This document shows, one piece after another, positions 12,120 through 23,888 of a DNA stretch of 64,000 nt. How positions within the stretch are numbered: the stretch's first letter is position 1; each line of letters begins with the position of its first letter. Position numbers and translations under genes: made by a program. Source of the DNA: Neophaeotheca triangularis (lineage: Eukaryota); NCBI GenBank assembly GCA_054600435.1, contig BAAIJX010000055.1, forward strand, positions 62,001 through 126,000, written 5' to 3'. The notes beneath the pieces are model-generated. The model made no database searches and was not told where the DNA came from. It saw only the letters and a list, made by a program, of their open reading frames with translations.

Positions 12120-15100
12120 GTCCGGGAAATGGAGGATGGTGATAGTGGAGCACTACAAGGATCCGATGCGGCCGAGACGGTTGGCCGAGAAGCTGCGCCG
12201 TCTCCGAGACAGCGAAGCTATGGGAGCACGCCGTGAAAAGGGAGGGTAAAGATGGACGGGCATCGAAGCGCGAGATGCCAATGAGACAGATGTACAGTGG
12301 ATGACTAGAAGTTCGCGCTATCTACGGACCGCAGGAGCGAACGGGCAAGGGAGAGTCTTGCTCTAAACCATGACTTGCGATTTAGCGATGGCGTTGGTCA
12401 GGTAGATTCATAGCGATCAAGATTCCCACATACACCACTTTAGCTCATGTTTTAGTCTCTTCTGCACTTCCCTTCCTTGCGGGAGCCGATCTAACCACCA
12501 TGACAGCACCAGGCGAGGGAAGGACCAGACTCCCGCAACTACAGCGGTGTCTAACCCGAGCTTCCACGTTCCATCGACCGGCTTCCTTGACGTTCATAGC
12601 GAGCAAAAGCGAAGCCGTCTTACTGCCATTGACGAGAGAAGCCCCGATGCCATACTCTCCAATCGCTCGCGAGAACTTGAACCTTCCGACTTGGTCTCGG
12701 AGTCGACTTTTTATTCCGCATCCGTTCTTTCTCCGATTCATGTGCCCACCTGTTTCTCATCGCGCGGCAACGGCTATTGTTAGAGAATGGATGGGTCGTT
12801 GCCAGCTTCGTTCGCGACGGGCCCGCCTTGGTTCGCTTGCGTGAATTCGGCGTCGAGGTCGTTGCTATCGCTCCTCCAGGGGATGGCTTCGGGCAAGGTC
12901 AGGCGCGCTCATCCCTCGTCGCCTGTTGCTTACGAACTGTTGTTGTTGGTCTGGCAAGATCACTCGTGTGGGTCTATAACTCGTCGGCTGGGCTTGGGGT
13001 ATACTTTGGCGCCGAGAGAAAAAAAAAAAAAAAGGAAATGAGGCCGAATGTTGGTTGTCCGAGCCGTGAATCGGCGTTTTTTTACCTAGTGTAGCTCGGT
13101 ATATTTTCATGAGGCATACGAGATATGCGCACTTTCCGCCATCGTCGTTCCTACGTATCAAGAGACGTTAGTGCTTTCCGCGGATTGCAGAGAACTGGCC
13201 TTCGCTCCAAAGTGCCACCTTTCCACAGACATGTCGGGCTTGCTGTTTGGAGTTTGTTTAGGTCTGTCGAGAGGACAGTCGCTATTCCTCGCAAGATGGG
13301 AGGCCGACTGTTGAATACCATGAGCCCTCTCTCGTTCTGAACTGTTTCAAAACCCTCCTTCATCATCCCATCCCTCCTTCACTACCACCCTTCGCCCATC
13401 ACGACTCGCCTAGGGGCCCACACCCACAGCCCGCCTCCCACATTGCCCGTGCTGTAGAATAAATGTTGATCAAAACCCCAAGGACAGAAGGCACTCTGGT
13501 GCCGCTACGACTTTTTGAGGGGAATTCCCCGTTGATGAAAAAAGAAGACAAAAGCGAACGAGAGGGCAATCCTGCCAGCAAATCGACTTGATCATAAACC
13601 AAAGTACGAGGGAGATTTGAATCATGTGCCTCTAAAGATCGCGTGGTCGTGGTCTCGCCAAATTACCTTGCTATACGTGAGATGCACCATCCACTGCCAT
13701 CTTGTGGAATGATAAGCTGGCCAGCTTTCCTCAAGTGAGCCAGTCAGCTTGATGAAGGCCTGTTGCGATGCTAGATCCATAATCACTTGCGGCGAAACTA
13801 TGTGTGCCTTTTCGCTGGTCGTCGTTATTGTTAAGACAGTTCTTTTGAAGGATGTAGTTGACAGTGCTGTGCTGCCCCAAATGCCAAGAGCCTTATCCCT
13901 TGATGGCAAGCCAGCCACTAGCGCACGTCTAGCTCAGCCAATCAGACACGGCTCCTGGGAGCGGTCCCGGACCTCACCTCTCGGAAAGAATAGACGAGTT
14001 CTCCGAAGACAGAACAAAGGCATTTGGCGAGTCTCGGGGCGGCGGCAGCAGCGGCTTACGCTAAGTATCGTTGCCAACTACACGCTAGCGACGATAATTG
14101 AAGGTAAACAGGACGCGTGGGTAAGAATTTACGACCTAGGGAGAGCGGAAATAGTTAGGATGCCAGAGACTGAGCGCCACGGCGGGACATCGAAGATTTT
14201 CGAGTCTTGACTTTCGGGTGCTTCTGCGTTCGAAGCCGCGATATCACATTGCCGCTCCCTTCTCCATCGAGAGGAGACGGGAGCTTTTACCTCGTGATAG
14301 ATGCGGCACGAGAATGAGTGACGTTCCACAAGAAAGAAGCAAAGGTTCCTTATAGGGCTACCCAGGTACGTACACGATAAAGTAAGGCTGGTGGAAACCT
14401 AATTAGTCTAGGCAGTACCGCCTGTGCAACGTCACTCAACCTTGTAAATTTCAAGAATCGGCATTCCAGAGCGTTTTAAACCTTCAATCTGTTGCCTCTT
14501 CTGGCTGCTCTTCAAGTTGCGTCGGGCCATGGCCGAGCCAATATCTGGGCAATATTAGCAGGCCCAGAAGCTACTTGCCACGCAGCTCTTCCGCGCGCAT
14601 TCGGGATCTTCGATTCGTGGCGTTGTTCTTGCGGTCCCCTACTTTTGGACCATTCATGCTGCCACCACCAATGGTGACCATTCACGTGGCTATCCAGGGC
14701 GGATGCAGGTACGGACTGCCGTAGGAAACACTTCTGCACAACCTCTTCTCTGGAGACTGAACGTACAGTGTCTTCTTCATCGTGATTGACCGGCTTAAGA
14801 TATCCTCTCACATCATGGAGGAAGACAACGAAAGTCGATGACCATTTACCAGGGAGCTGCTATGGCCCGGCACCTTACGACAATACGTCCAGCAAGTGTA
14901 CAACTTTCGTTCTCCCGCAAAGACCAGACCAGACCCATGGGGTTTCCAAGAAACGGTCTCCACTTTTGCCCAGGAATTCCCCGCATACCCGCCAGACTGG
15001 CAGTTCTGCACGTTGCAGATGCCCACGATCCTGGACCCACCCCGATTAGCATCGAAGATCTGCGTGGTCTCGATTTCAGGAACCAGCTACCTGGAAGTTT

Positions 15101-16029
15101 ACTTTTCGTGCCTTGCGTCTGAAACACTACCTTTGGAACTACCAAGTATAAGGCCTGCAGAAGATGGATGGCATTCAAGTATTGGCCCGTTCAAGGCTCT
15201 TCTAGCTCGTGGTATGCTGCGCTCTATGCAGAGGCCCCAATGAGCGTGCCAATGCACTGGATCTCCATATGCATACGTCAGAAATATGCAAGCTGTGGTG
15301 TAACTGGTGTTCGCTGGGCCTACCTAAACAGCCTTTTCCTCTACTAGTATCTACCAGTCCACCACGTGCGTTTTGCTCGCCGAGCTCTCGGGATGCACTT
15401 GCTACGCCAATCGCAATGGGGAAGCCCCTCTACATTGGCGGCTCACGGCAGTTGCGCTCTCTTCTTCTCTTGCCAACGATGTGGCAAGCAGCAAGCTATC
15501 GAATCGTGGATCCCGCCAGAATTCATAGCTCCACAAGCCACGCTTCCTAAGGTTCATGGTGTACCGAGAGCACCAAGTCTCGATATTGGCAGTCTCAATG
15601 CCATGACGAGAACGGCATAGGTGTAACTCAAATATCAAGCCGGGTTCTGCACGGAAAAGCCGCGACCCGTTGCTTGGGTGCAGCAACGTCGGTTTCTGCT
15701 CAGCTCATAGTCAACATTCTCATGTCGAAGCGTTATCTGCCTAGGATTTGTTAGGTGGGCTTCGCAATATATCGCCACGTTGGCATACTTCTCGGGACCC
15801 AAGCCACTCGAGAACAGGTTTCCGATGCCAGCTGACTGCTATACCAAGACCTCGTCCTGCATAGGGTTCACTAAACGGCATAGACGGCAGAGAAGCGGGA
15901 AAGACAACGTAAGAAGCAAAAGTAACCGCTCCGGTGTGGTCGCCAACAAGAGCCAAGAAGCCATGAAAGTATTGCCTCCGTGCTGCGTATACCCTTGGAA
16001 AATTCCTCTAGCAAAAGGGTCAGACAAGG

Positions 16030-16036
16030 TATAAAA
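16030..16036 (+). promoter_or_regulatory. TATA box of the secreted Cys-rich gene
   Basis: TATAAAA about 120 nt upstream of ATG 16156, followed by a CT/CA-rich leader. Confidence 0.5.
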
Positions 16037-16155
16037 GAGAACAAGATCCCCCTCTAAAGATGATCTTGACCAGCACCAGAACACTTCAGAACTTCGATCA
16101 ATCCCTCATTCCACTCGCTAAAATTCCAATCGCTTAATCGCCCCAATATCCCAAC

Positions 16156-16832
16156 ATGAAGCTCTCTATCATCGCAACCGCCTTGATGGCCGCTGGCGCT
16201 TTCGCCGCCCCCGCCCCCGTCGCCGCCCCCGAGGTCGGTCTTGAAGAGAGAACTCTCAAGAACCTCTTCAACTTCAACCTTTGCATCAAGGAGAAGCTCG
16301 CCCTCACCACTTGCAAGGCTGGAGAGTGGAAGTGGATCCTGGACTACAACAAGTGCAAGAGCGGTAAGCAAGCACACTTTCCCACTCTACTTTCCTCCTT
16401 CGACTAACTTGAGTGTTACCTAGACTCCAACCGCGGCAAGAACGACTACGACTCATGCAAGAGGGAGCAGGACAAATACAGCTCCGACCGCGACTTCTGC
16501 AGGCGCGAGCAAAACGACCTCAAGCGCGACTACGACGACTGCATGAAGAACAACAAGAACGACAGCAAGAAGTGCAGCTACGAGCAGCAGCAGCACGACC
16601 GCAAGAAGAACGAATGTGACGGCAACGACGTAAGTCCTTCATTCCCCAATTGCAAGCTGTTCTTGCGAACCCTTTACTCTAACGCCCCGGGTTTTGGCAG
16701 CGCGACTTCAACCAGAAGAAGAGCGAGTGCGACCGCAAGGAGCGCGACTACAGGAACCAGGACCAGGACTGCGAGAGGAACCGCAGGAACTGCGACTCCC
16801 AGCAGAACACCTACGACCGCTGCCGCAAGTGA
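16156..16832 (+). CDS. Small secreted cysteine-rich protein, 181 aa; exons 16156-16363, 16424-16629, 16701-16832
   Basis: Signal peptide MKLSIIATALMAAGAFA, pro-peptide ending LEER; introns GTAAGC..CTAAC..TAG and GTAAGT..CTAAC..CAG splice into one open frame ending ...YDRCRK*; 12 Cys. Confidence 0.88.
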
Positions 16833-17474
16833 AGGGTTTCGGCTCTTTCGACGGGAGACCCGAGTCTTCGCTGGAATGCTTTCAGGCTTCGGACGACTTC
16901 GGTGGAACCAGGTATGCAGTGACGATACGGTCTTCAGGATTGGGAATGGGTACGCAGCGGAGGTTTACGGTCCTTGATGTGATAGTGCTTACCTTCGATA
17001 GTGATTTAATGGGCTCGAACCGGCCAGTTCAACATAATCTTCTCTTTCTTTTTCTATCTTGCCTGGTTTGAGGGTGCTGCCAGTGAGGCTATCAAGATAT
17101 ACTTTGCTGGGAACATTATGATGCATAGACTGTGCTCTCAAATACTGGTTGACTGCGTTCTGTGCCGGATTCTGGAATGCAATTACCAGAAAGAGAAACT
17201 GCGCTTCGCTGTCGCCTGAGCTCGTCCTGATTGCGTCCCTTCCCTTTCCTTCCCATTAACCCCTAAAGCTGTTTTGCGACTTGCCAATATAGGTGCCTGA
17301 CCATGATCATCAATCCGATTTTCCACGTCTCTCTTCGAAGACCTTAGCACCCAAAAGCTCCGTACAAGGCGTGCACCTCCATGTAAGCTGTATGGATATG
17401 TTAGCTACCAAAGCGTAAACTTGTCAAATAGATCAGCATACCATCGAGAAGTGTATAGCGGTACGCTTATAGGC

Positions 17475-18680
17475 CTAACGAAACATGTCGAAGTCATCAC
17501 CCTCATCCTGGGGAATCGAGAAGTGCATTGCGCGAGAAGCGGGAGCGGTGAGGCTCGTGAAGAAGTTTTGAGTGCCCCATGAGTTGTTAGGGCGCAGAGA
17601 GAGGGGCATGGTCGGATTGGTCGAGTTGGCGAAAGGGTTCCGGAGGGCTCGTAGGTTGTAATCTGGCCCGCTGGAAGTCATGCTTGCTCGATCGTGTGTG
17701 GAAAGAGCAGATCCAAAAGGATTTTCATCTTCCGTGGCCTCGGCATCGCTGGCGGTGCTCTCCGCGTCTTCGTTCTCGTCCATGCCCTCGGAGTCTCCTT
17801 CATTGTTGCGGCCACCCTCATGCCCACTCCGAACTCCCGTGTCGATGATGTCCTGCCAGTCCGGATGATTTACCATGCGCGCATCGTACTCCAGCTGCCC
17901 ATCCCACTTTGCTACCCACTCAGTCAGGGCCACTTGCTCCTGCATCCGCCTCATCTGGCTAGGCGAAAGACAGCAAGGCACCATGGCAACAGGCGCAGAT
18001 TGCAGGATATTTGGACCGAGAGGGCCGATGGAAGCAGCTTGCCTTGTGACATCGTGCCGAGGGAAGCGATGCGTTACTAGTGCCTTGGCGATCTGCTCAT
18101 GATGGCCGAAGAACTCATTCCAGAAGTCGAAGCCATAGAGAAATTCTTGGACCGCTGGGGCGCCGCTCATGAAAGGGCTTTTGTACGTCGTTATGATGGG
18201 GTGGCCTTTTCTAGCCATGCTTTTGGTGATGTTGATCCATCTTGGAAGGGGCTCGGGATCGTGTTCGAAGTCAGAAGTGAAGATGAGGTTGATTGTAAGG
18301 GGCCAGGCTGTCTTCTCCCGGTCAAACGGTGGGAACTTCTTCCTGCAGAGGAGATTGAGAAGGGTTTGTAGCTTGTTGAATTTGAAATTGGCCACGTTGA
18401 CAATGAGGTCCGTAGCTTTTCCGTTCTTCAAATGAGCTTGCAGCGCTCTCTGGTATCTGGCGCTAGCCGCGCGGTTATTGATGAGTGACTTGTGGAACTT
18501 GCTCGTGATTTTGAGCTGGCTTTCGTGGGTCGTGAGGATTAGGGTGTCGGCCGGAACAAGTAGCTGATTAAGCTCGAAACACACGTCGTAGTTCAGGTCC
18601 GCGAACATGTTGTTGTTGCTCGTGCTGGCTAAGCCAGTACGCGCTGGTCCGAAGCGCCTTGGCCATTGATGTTGATTCAT
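17475..18680 (-). CDS. Uncharacterised protein, family A copy 1 (weak F-box-like N-terminal motif, acidic C-terminal tail)
   Basis: About 400-codon ORF; clear similarity to the protein at 22149-23342 (KITSKFHKS/KITSTNHKS, LIFTSDF/LVFTDDF, WVAKWDGQLEYD/WIKKWDGELAYD). Start codon uncertain (18704 or 18680). Confidence 0.75.
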   Translation of the reverse strand: MNQHQWPRRFGPARTGLASTSNNNMFADLNYDVCFELNQLLVPADTLILTTHESQLKITSKFHKSLINNRAASARYQRALQAHLKNGKATDLIVNVANFKFNKLQTLLNLLCRKKFPPFDREKTAWPLTINLIFTSDFEHDPEPLPRWINITKSMARKGHPIITTYKSPFMSGAPAVQEFLYGFDFWNEFFGHHEQIAKALVTHRFPRHDVTRQAASIGPLGPNILQSAPVAMVPCCLSPSQMRRMQEQVALTEWVAKWDGQLEYDARMVNHPDWQDIIDTGVRSGHEGGRNNEGDSEGMDENEDAESTASDAEATEDENPFGSALSTHDRASMTSSGPDYNLRALRNPFANSTNPTMPLSLRPNNSWGTQNFFTSLTAPASRAMHFSIPQDEGDDFDMFR

Positions 18681-19940
18681 TGCCCTAGAGGATACGGAGG
18701 TCATACAGTGTTGTAGTGAATGCGACACCAGCTAGTGTAAGAGCTACTAATGCAGAGATAGTTAGAGTGAGTAAGTTGTAGAGAAGATGTAGCTGCCTCG
18801 AGCAAAGTTGGAGGACGGTGACGCCGGCGTGTTGCTATAAGCCATTTCACGCTAGTATAAGCGATAGCGATAAGAAGAACACCTTCACCTGCCATGCAAT
18901 AATGCCAGTGATATATCTACCAAAGCCCTGCAGTCATGAAAACGTCTTTATCCGCTGGAGAAAGCGAAAGTGATGCCTAGAGGGTGCTTGTCTGATGGAG
19001 AAAGGCCGTCGAAGGAAGCATGGCTACACTTTGATACGATATAGCCTTGTTGGGTCCAGTGGGAGATCTGTTGCCTTGACCTATGCTTCAACAGTTCTCA
19101 CCTGAGCTCGTAATTTATAAGTCCTTGATCTGTTCTGCGCAGGACAAGCCGAGACGATCCGCGGTACTTGCAACCATCGAACAAATCAGCGATTGGACGG
19201 ACGGAGCGGACCGGGTACGAAGACCATTGTGGGCTTATCTGACTGTCTCGAAAGCCTACTTGGCTCAAGGCAGGAGAAGCCTGCGATGGCCCTTCTCTTG
19301 TTTTCTTGTGAGACGTTATCCACGGTGCGAGGAGGCGTGTGAGAAGCCTATCTTTCTACTGGCAATGAAACACCAGTATCGAGGATAGTCCGTACACTGG
19401 AGATATGAGGGGCTGTACAACATCACGGTCTTTTGTCTCGCTCGCTCGCCAGCAAGACTCAGATCGAGCTTTGGAACGTCCAGAGGAGCCATCATCGGAG
19501 GGTAATCAGCGCTCTTCGTTACTAGAGTGAGCCTTCATTCTTTACCGGCTCGAAACAGCGCTATGGGAAAGACGGACGTATGCTGCTGATCTTGGTCGCC
19601 GTGTGGAGCGAGGATAGACGAGGTGAAGTGCGTTTAAGCTGGCTCCTGAATGCCGGATGCAGACGCGATCTCCGGCTGGCTGACAAAGCATGATTGTCTG
19701 TCTCTCATACCTACCTAGGTTACCTCCACTGCCCAGTGGAGCTGAATTACATTCATCTTGATACCTCCGACTTTCACGTTTGCATGCTTGTGCAAACCAT
19801 TCGTCTCACCACAGCAAGAAACAATACGAACGGAGTTCCATTTGACAAACCCGACAAGACTGTGTGCACGTTCAGAAGCAGCAATCACTCCGCCATTCAT
19901 TCGACCACCCGCGCCCTAGCTGGTAGACAATACAGCGGCC

Positions 19941-20474
19941 ATGTTCACGACAAGGATCTCCCGGCAGATGCCAAATGGTATTGCCTTTCAAATACCACGC
20001 CGAAGTTTCGGCAGTACCGCTATCACTCAGGCGAAGAACCGCGTCTATCCTGCGAGTGTGCGTGGAGAGGACGAGCTCCAGACCCTGCTCCTTGCATCTG
20101 CAAGCACCCGCGTGCCGTTGATTACTCTTTGGACTGCCAACTGGTGTCCCAGCTGTAAGATAGTCTCGCCTATGATCAAAGAATTGATCGGTAAAGATGG
20201 GGTCGGCGAAGAGCAGGGAGGTGTCTCTTATGCAGAAGTGGAGATGGACGCCCCTACACTCGGCGGCGTGAGTGGTGTGGCCATGAGATATATGATAAAC
20301 TCGATGCCCACGCTACTTGCATTTGACAGGCAGGAACCGCAACTAAAGACCAAAGTTTCGAGGCTTGAAGATATGAAGAGCAAGGCTTTTCTCACAAAAT
20401 GGATAGAAACGGAGGCAGCAAGGCAGGGAAAAGGCGGCGCAGGCGGCACCTTCTCTGGCCTATTCGGCCGATAA
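19941..20474 (+). CDS. Thioredoxin-fold protein with probable mitochondrial presequence
   Basis: WCPSC active-site motif, MPTLLAF cis-Pro loop; Arg/Ser-rich, acid-free N-terminus. Confidence 0.85.
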   Translation: MFTTRISRQMPNGIAFQIPRRSFGSTAITQAKNRVYPASVRGEDELQTLLLASASTRVPLITLWTANWCPSCKIVSPMIKELIGKDGVGEEQGGVSYAEVEMDAPTLGGVSGVAMRYMINSMPTLLAFDRQEPQLKTKVSRLEDMKSKAFLTKWIETEAARQGKGGAGGTFSGLFGR

Positions 20475-20708
20475 GATGTCTTGTTGACATCCAAAAGACC
20501 AAATGCCATTACAGTGATATCGAAGAAGTCTGGGCTATTGAACAAAGAACATTCCACGTTGACTTTGTTCTTTCAGAACTACCCAATCCGGTGTTGAACT
20601 TTGCTCATTGTTCGCCATGAAGGGTAGAAAATTCTCCAGGCGGCCCTCTACGTCCGCGCCGACGACTCTCGTCACGAGATTCGTCCAATAAATGGCTATT
20701 GTCTCACC

Positions 20709-21652
20709 ATGGCGGCCCCTCCCCCTCCCAATTGTGATGATAGATCGCAGCATCTCGCAATAGCTGGGCTGATTCAGCCTTTTGCCGCGACCGTCAAACC
20801 CGTGCAATGCCACGCAACCCGGACACCTTGCGTCGAGGTCGGCCACGCTACTCCTCACATCGTCTGCAATAGCTGCTTTGGTTGGGCTCCTATATATGAA
20901 TTCGGTCCACCAGCCACCGGGTATCCATTGGCCAGAGATTTTGGCATGAGCCCTCAGAGCATTGACCCGATTCCGACGGCTTTTCTTGCCACTCCGGCCT
21001 TACCGATAGCGCTGCAACCGGGGTGTGTACGGTCTCAAGAGTCCAATCAATTAAGCCGTTTACTGACTTGCAAAGTTCCCTGACCAGAGTTTGTGACAGG
21101 TGTGAAAGACTGATACAGAGCGAAGTTCGTCTCCTTGCTATCGGGGCTATACCAGCTCCCGCCAACTTCAACGAACGGCAAAATTACCCTATGACCTCCT
21201 GCACATGCCGTTGGAACTTGCGAATATCCGGCACCGGTCGCCGGCGTCGCTGTTTCGACGACCAGATAGCCACGACGGATCGGCTCAGAGAACAGAAGAT
21301 AACGAACGAACAGTGGCTAAGGGACATGGTGGTCACCGAAAAATCCGGACTGTGTCGACCAAACGCACCAAGAAAGCTGAAACGCAACACAACCGGGACG
21401 CTTCGGGCGTGCCCTTGCGGCAGCGAGGTCACTTCAGACGCCGCCTTGATCGCTAAGCTGGGCGTGCCACGAGAGGCTTACGCATGCATGGCCTGTGGCG
21501 GCTATTATAGCGTGCACAATCCAATGCTGGCAAGCTCTCGTTGGGCCGGTAACTTGATTGACCGCATTCGATGGCGTCACAGTGCGAACAAATTGAACAC
21601 CTTGCATCGATACCGCACGCCTCAGCCGTACAACAGCAATCGTGCGAGATGA
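20709..21652 (+). CDS. Uncharacterised Cys/His-rich (putative Zn-binding) protein, family B copy 1; intron 21023-21075
   Basis: Two ORFs joined by a phase-2 intron (GTGTGT..CTGAC..AAG); motifs CDDR, CNSC, LTRVCDRCE, SCTCRW, NEQWL, RACPCG, EAYACMACGG shared with 23889-24957. Confidence 0.78.
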
Positions 21653-22148
21653 TGTGGTCACCACCAACCGCAACCAAAGCTACCGTCGTGAACAATACTC
21701 AGCACACACGACAATAGCCCAAGCAGCTCGATCTGTATTTTCTGGCACTCGTAGTACTGCTTTGCTATCGATAATGGCACAGGAGGGAGATAGCTGGGAA
21801 GTGTTGAGCGGGTTCGCCTACATTTAGTCTTCTATCGCACTACAGGGACATGAAAGAGGAGATATCAGATGAAAGAGGCGTTCCGGTATGAACCCGGTAT
21901 CGGGCTGCCTTGCTTACTTCGCTCAGGTCTTATCGATTTCGTATCTCCCAAGCTCTCCTTCACTTTTCACTTGGCTGTCCTGGTCAAAGCTTTCAATATA
22001 ATTCTAGTCAACACAGTATACGACACCTGAACACATACTTCGCAGATACCACCGGTTGCAGCCATTCCCCCATCAACACTCCGACAAGATCCCTCACCAC
22101 ACGGATATTCTCTCCACGACAAGCAAAGTCACCAACAAAGTCACCACC

Positions 22149-23342
22149 ATGTATCGCAACCAGCCGCCACCTCGCCGTGGACCTCCCTCCAGTCGCCGCA
22201 CGCTCAGCGGCAATCCAACCAACTTCACCACCACAGTACCCTTCGAAAAGATGGCTACGGAGATGCGTCTGGCAATATACAACACCATCATCCCCAGCGA
22301 GACACTCATTATTCCGAGCCACCAAAGCATTCACAAAATCACCAGCACCAACCACAAGTCCTTCACTTCTAAGCTGTCTCGCGAAGAGTACGGAAATGAA
22401 CTTCTTGAGCATCTGGAGAAAGGACTAGTCCAGGACATCTGTGCCAACGTTGTCGATTTGAACTTCAAGAAGACGATGCAGCAGCTTCAATCGCTATTCG
22501 GGGAAGATCCTCCGCCAAGCAGACTCGTTAATATCTTGGCCAGCGAGCAAAGTTTCCACATCAAGCTTGTTTTCACGGATGACTTCATGAGCACAAGTCT
22601 CCAGCATATCGAATGGCTCATGTTTACCTCCAAGATGGCGAACAAAAACCGCACTATCAAATGCAGCTATCACGTCGTCCACGTGAGCAAGGCTGCTGTT
22701 GTCCAAGACTGGCTACATGGAATCTCCATCTGGTACGGACCCTCCAGTCATCATGTACTCAGCATTGAAGAAGCTCTCCTGCGCTATGGCCTGGCCAACT
22801 ACAAGTATAACGATCTTCAGCTTGGACCTCGCCCTGCCATGGTACCCAGCCAGCAATACCGTGCCGAGGAGAAGCGAAAGCTTGTGACTTGGATCAAAAA
22901 ATGGGACGGAGAACTTGCGTACGACCGCGATCTCGTCGAAGGCCGCGACTGGAAGGCTTCCACCGACAGCGAACCCGAGTCCGATCAAGAACTTAAGACA
23001 CTTCGGGAGCTTTTCGCTAACAGCAACACCAAACGCAAGGCATCTCTAGCTGTCGGGAAGGAGCCAAGGAAGGCTAGGAAATACGCTCGTGCTGGTGGAA
23101 TGTTTGGGACGCTCTCGGCTTCGCAGGCCCAAGGGCCCCCGCCTGTGGGGAGCGACTCCGACAGTGACACTGATATGGAGGTGTCTGCTGAAAAGCCCCC
23201 AAAGAACCCTGTCTACGGAGCCCCAGACGACATCGAGGCTCTTGGTGGAGATGAGTTCGCTCACAGCTGCATGACTCGTAAGTCCCGGTTACCAAATTCA
23301 TGTTTTCCTCGCTCCACTGACACGCGACCAGTACTGCCGTAG
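22149..23342 (+). CDS. Uncharacterised protein, family A copy 2 (F-box-like motif PFEKMATEMRLAIYNTII); probable 3' intron from 23278
   Basis: About 380-codon ORF paralogous to 17475-18680; donor GTAAGT at 23278 with a CTGAC branch point; exact last exon uncertain (stop at 23342 or about 23398). Confidence 0.75.
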   Translation: MYRNQPPPRRGPPSSRRTLSGNPTNFTTTVPFEKMATEMRLAIYNTIIPSETLIIPSHQSIHKITSTNHKSFTSKLSREEYGNELLEHLEKGLVQDICANVVDLNFKKTMQQLQSLFGEDPPPSRLVNILASEQSFHIKLVFTDDFMSTSLQHIEWLMFTSKMANKNRTIKCSYHVVHVSKAAVVQDWLHGISIWYGPSSHHVLSIEEALLRYGLANYKYNDLQLGPRPAMVPSQQYRAEEKRKLVTWIKKWDGELAYDRDLVEGRDWKASTDSEPESDQELKTLRELFANSNTKRKASLAVGKEPRKARKYARAGGMFGTLSASQAQGPPPVGSDSDSDTDMEVSAEKPPKNPVYGAPDDIEALGGDEFAHSCMTRKSRLPNSCFPRSTDTRPVLP

Positions 23343-23888
23343 AGTACCGACCGAATACCTGGCCTGTATGCAGCGGTACACAAGCAGCAACGCATTAAGC
23401 GTTTGAGAAGTATAGGAGATTTTGGGGTCGCTCAATCCCTTGCAGGGGCCTATCAAGTAAAACGTAATGGCCAATCATGAAGTATTCCACAGCAAGGATA
23501 AAGCCTAGAATCCTGTCAAATGGAAGGGAAACGTGAGACATGTTAAAATGGGTGCAAGACATGCAGCAAAGAATGGAAAGGGCGGCCAGGTGTTATGTTT
23601 TCCAATATCTTTGCGCGACGATGCGGCTTGAAAAGTTGAAATCAGAGGGCATCTGACCAGGGCTCTATAATTCGAAGGGCTTCGGTTCGTGGTTCGGTGC
23701 AGCAATCAATCGAGAACAATGCAGCCCATTGGATCGCGACCTTTGTATTGCTATCTGTCCGCATCCGGCACCGCTTTGTCTATTCCCTTTGAGCTTCGCT
23801 ATTTTATTAAGCGGTGGCTCTCTCTGCTCAGCGAGGAGACCAGAGAACCGAATACCTACCTCAAAACTCATCGCGACTCGAATTCAAC

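Noticed and set aside
12445..15690. Many short ORFs that might form one or two genes
   Set aside because: Could not join them into a consistent spliced model or recognise a domain; mentioned only as decayed sequence
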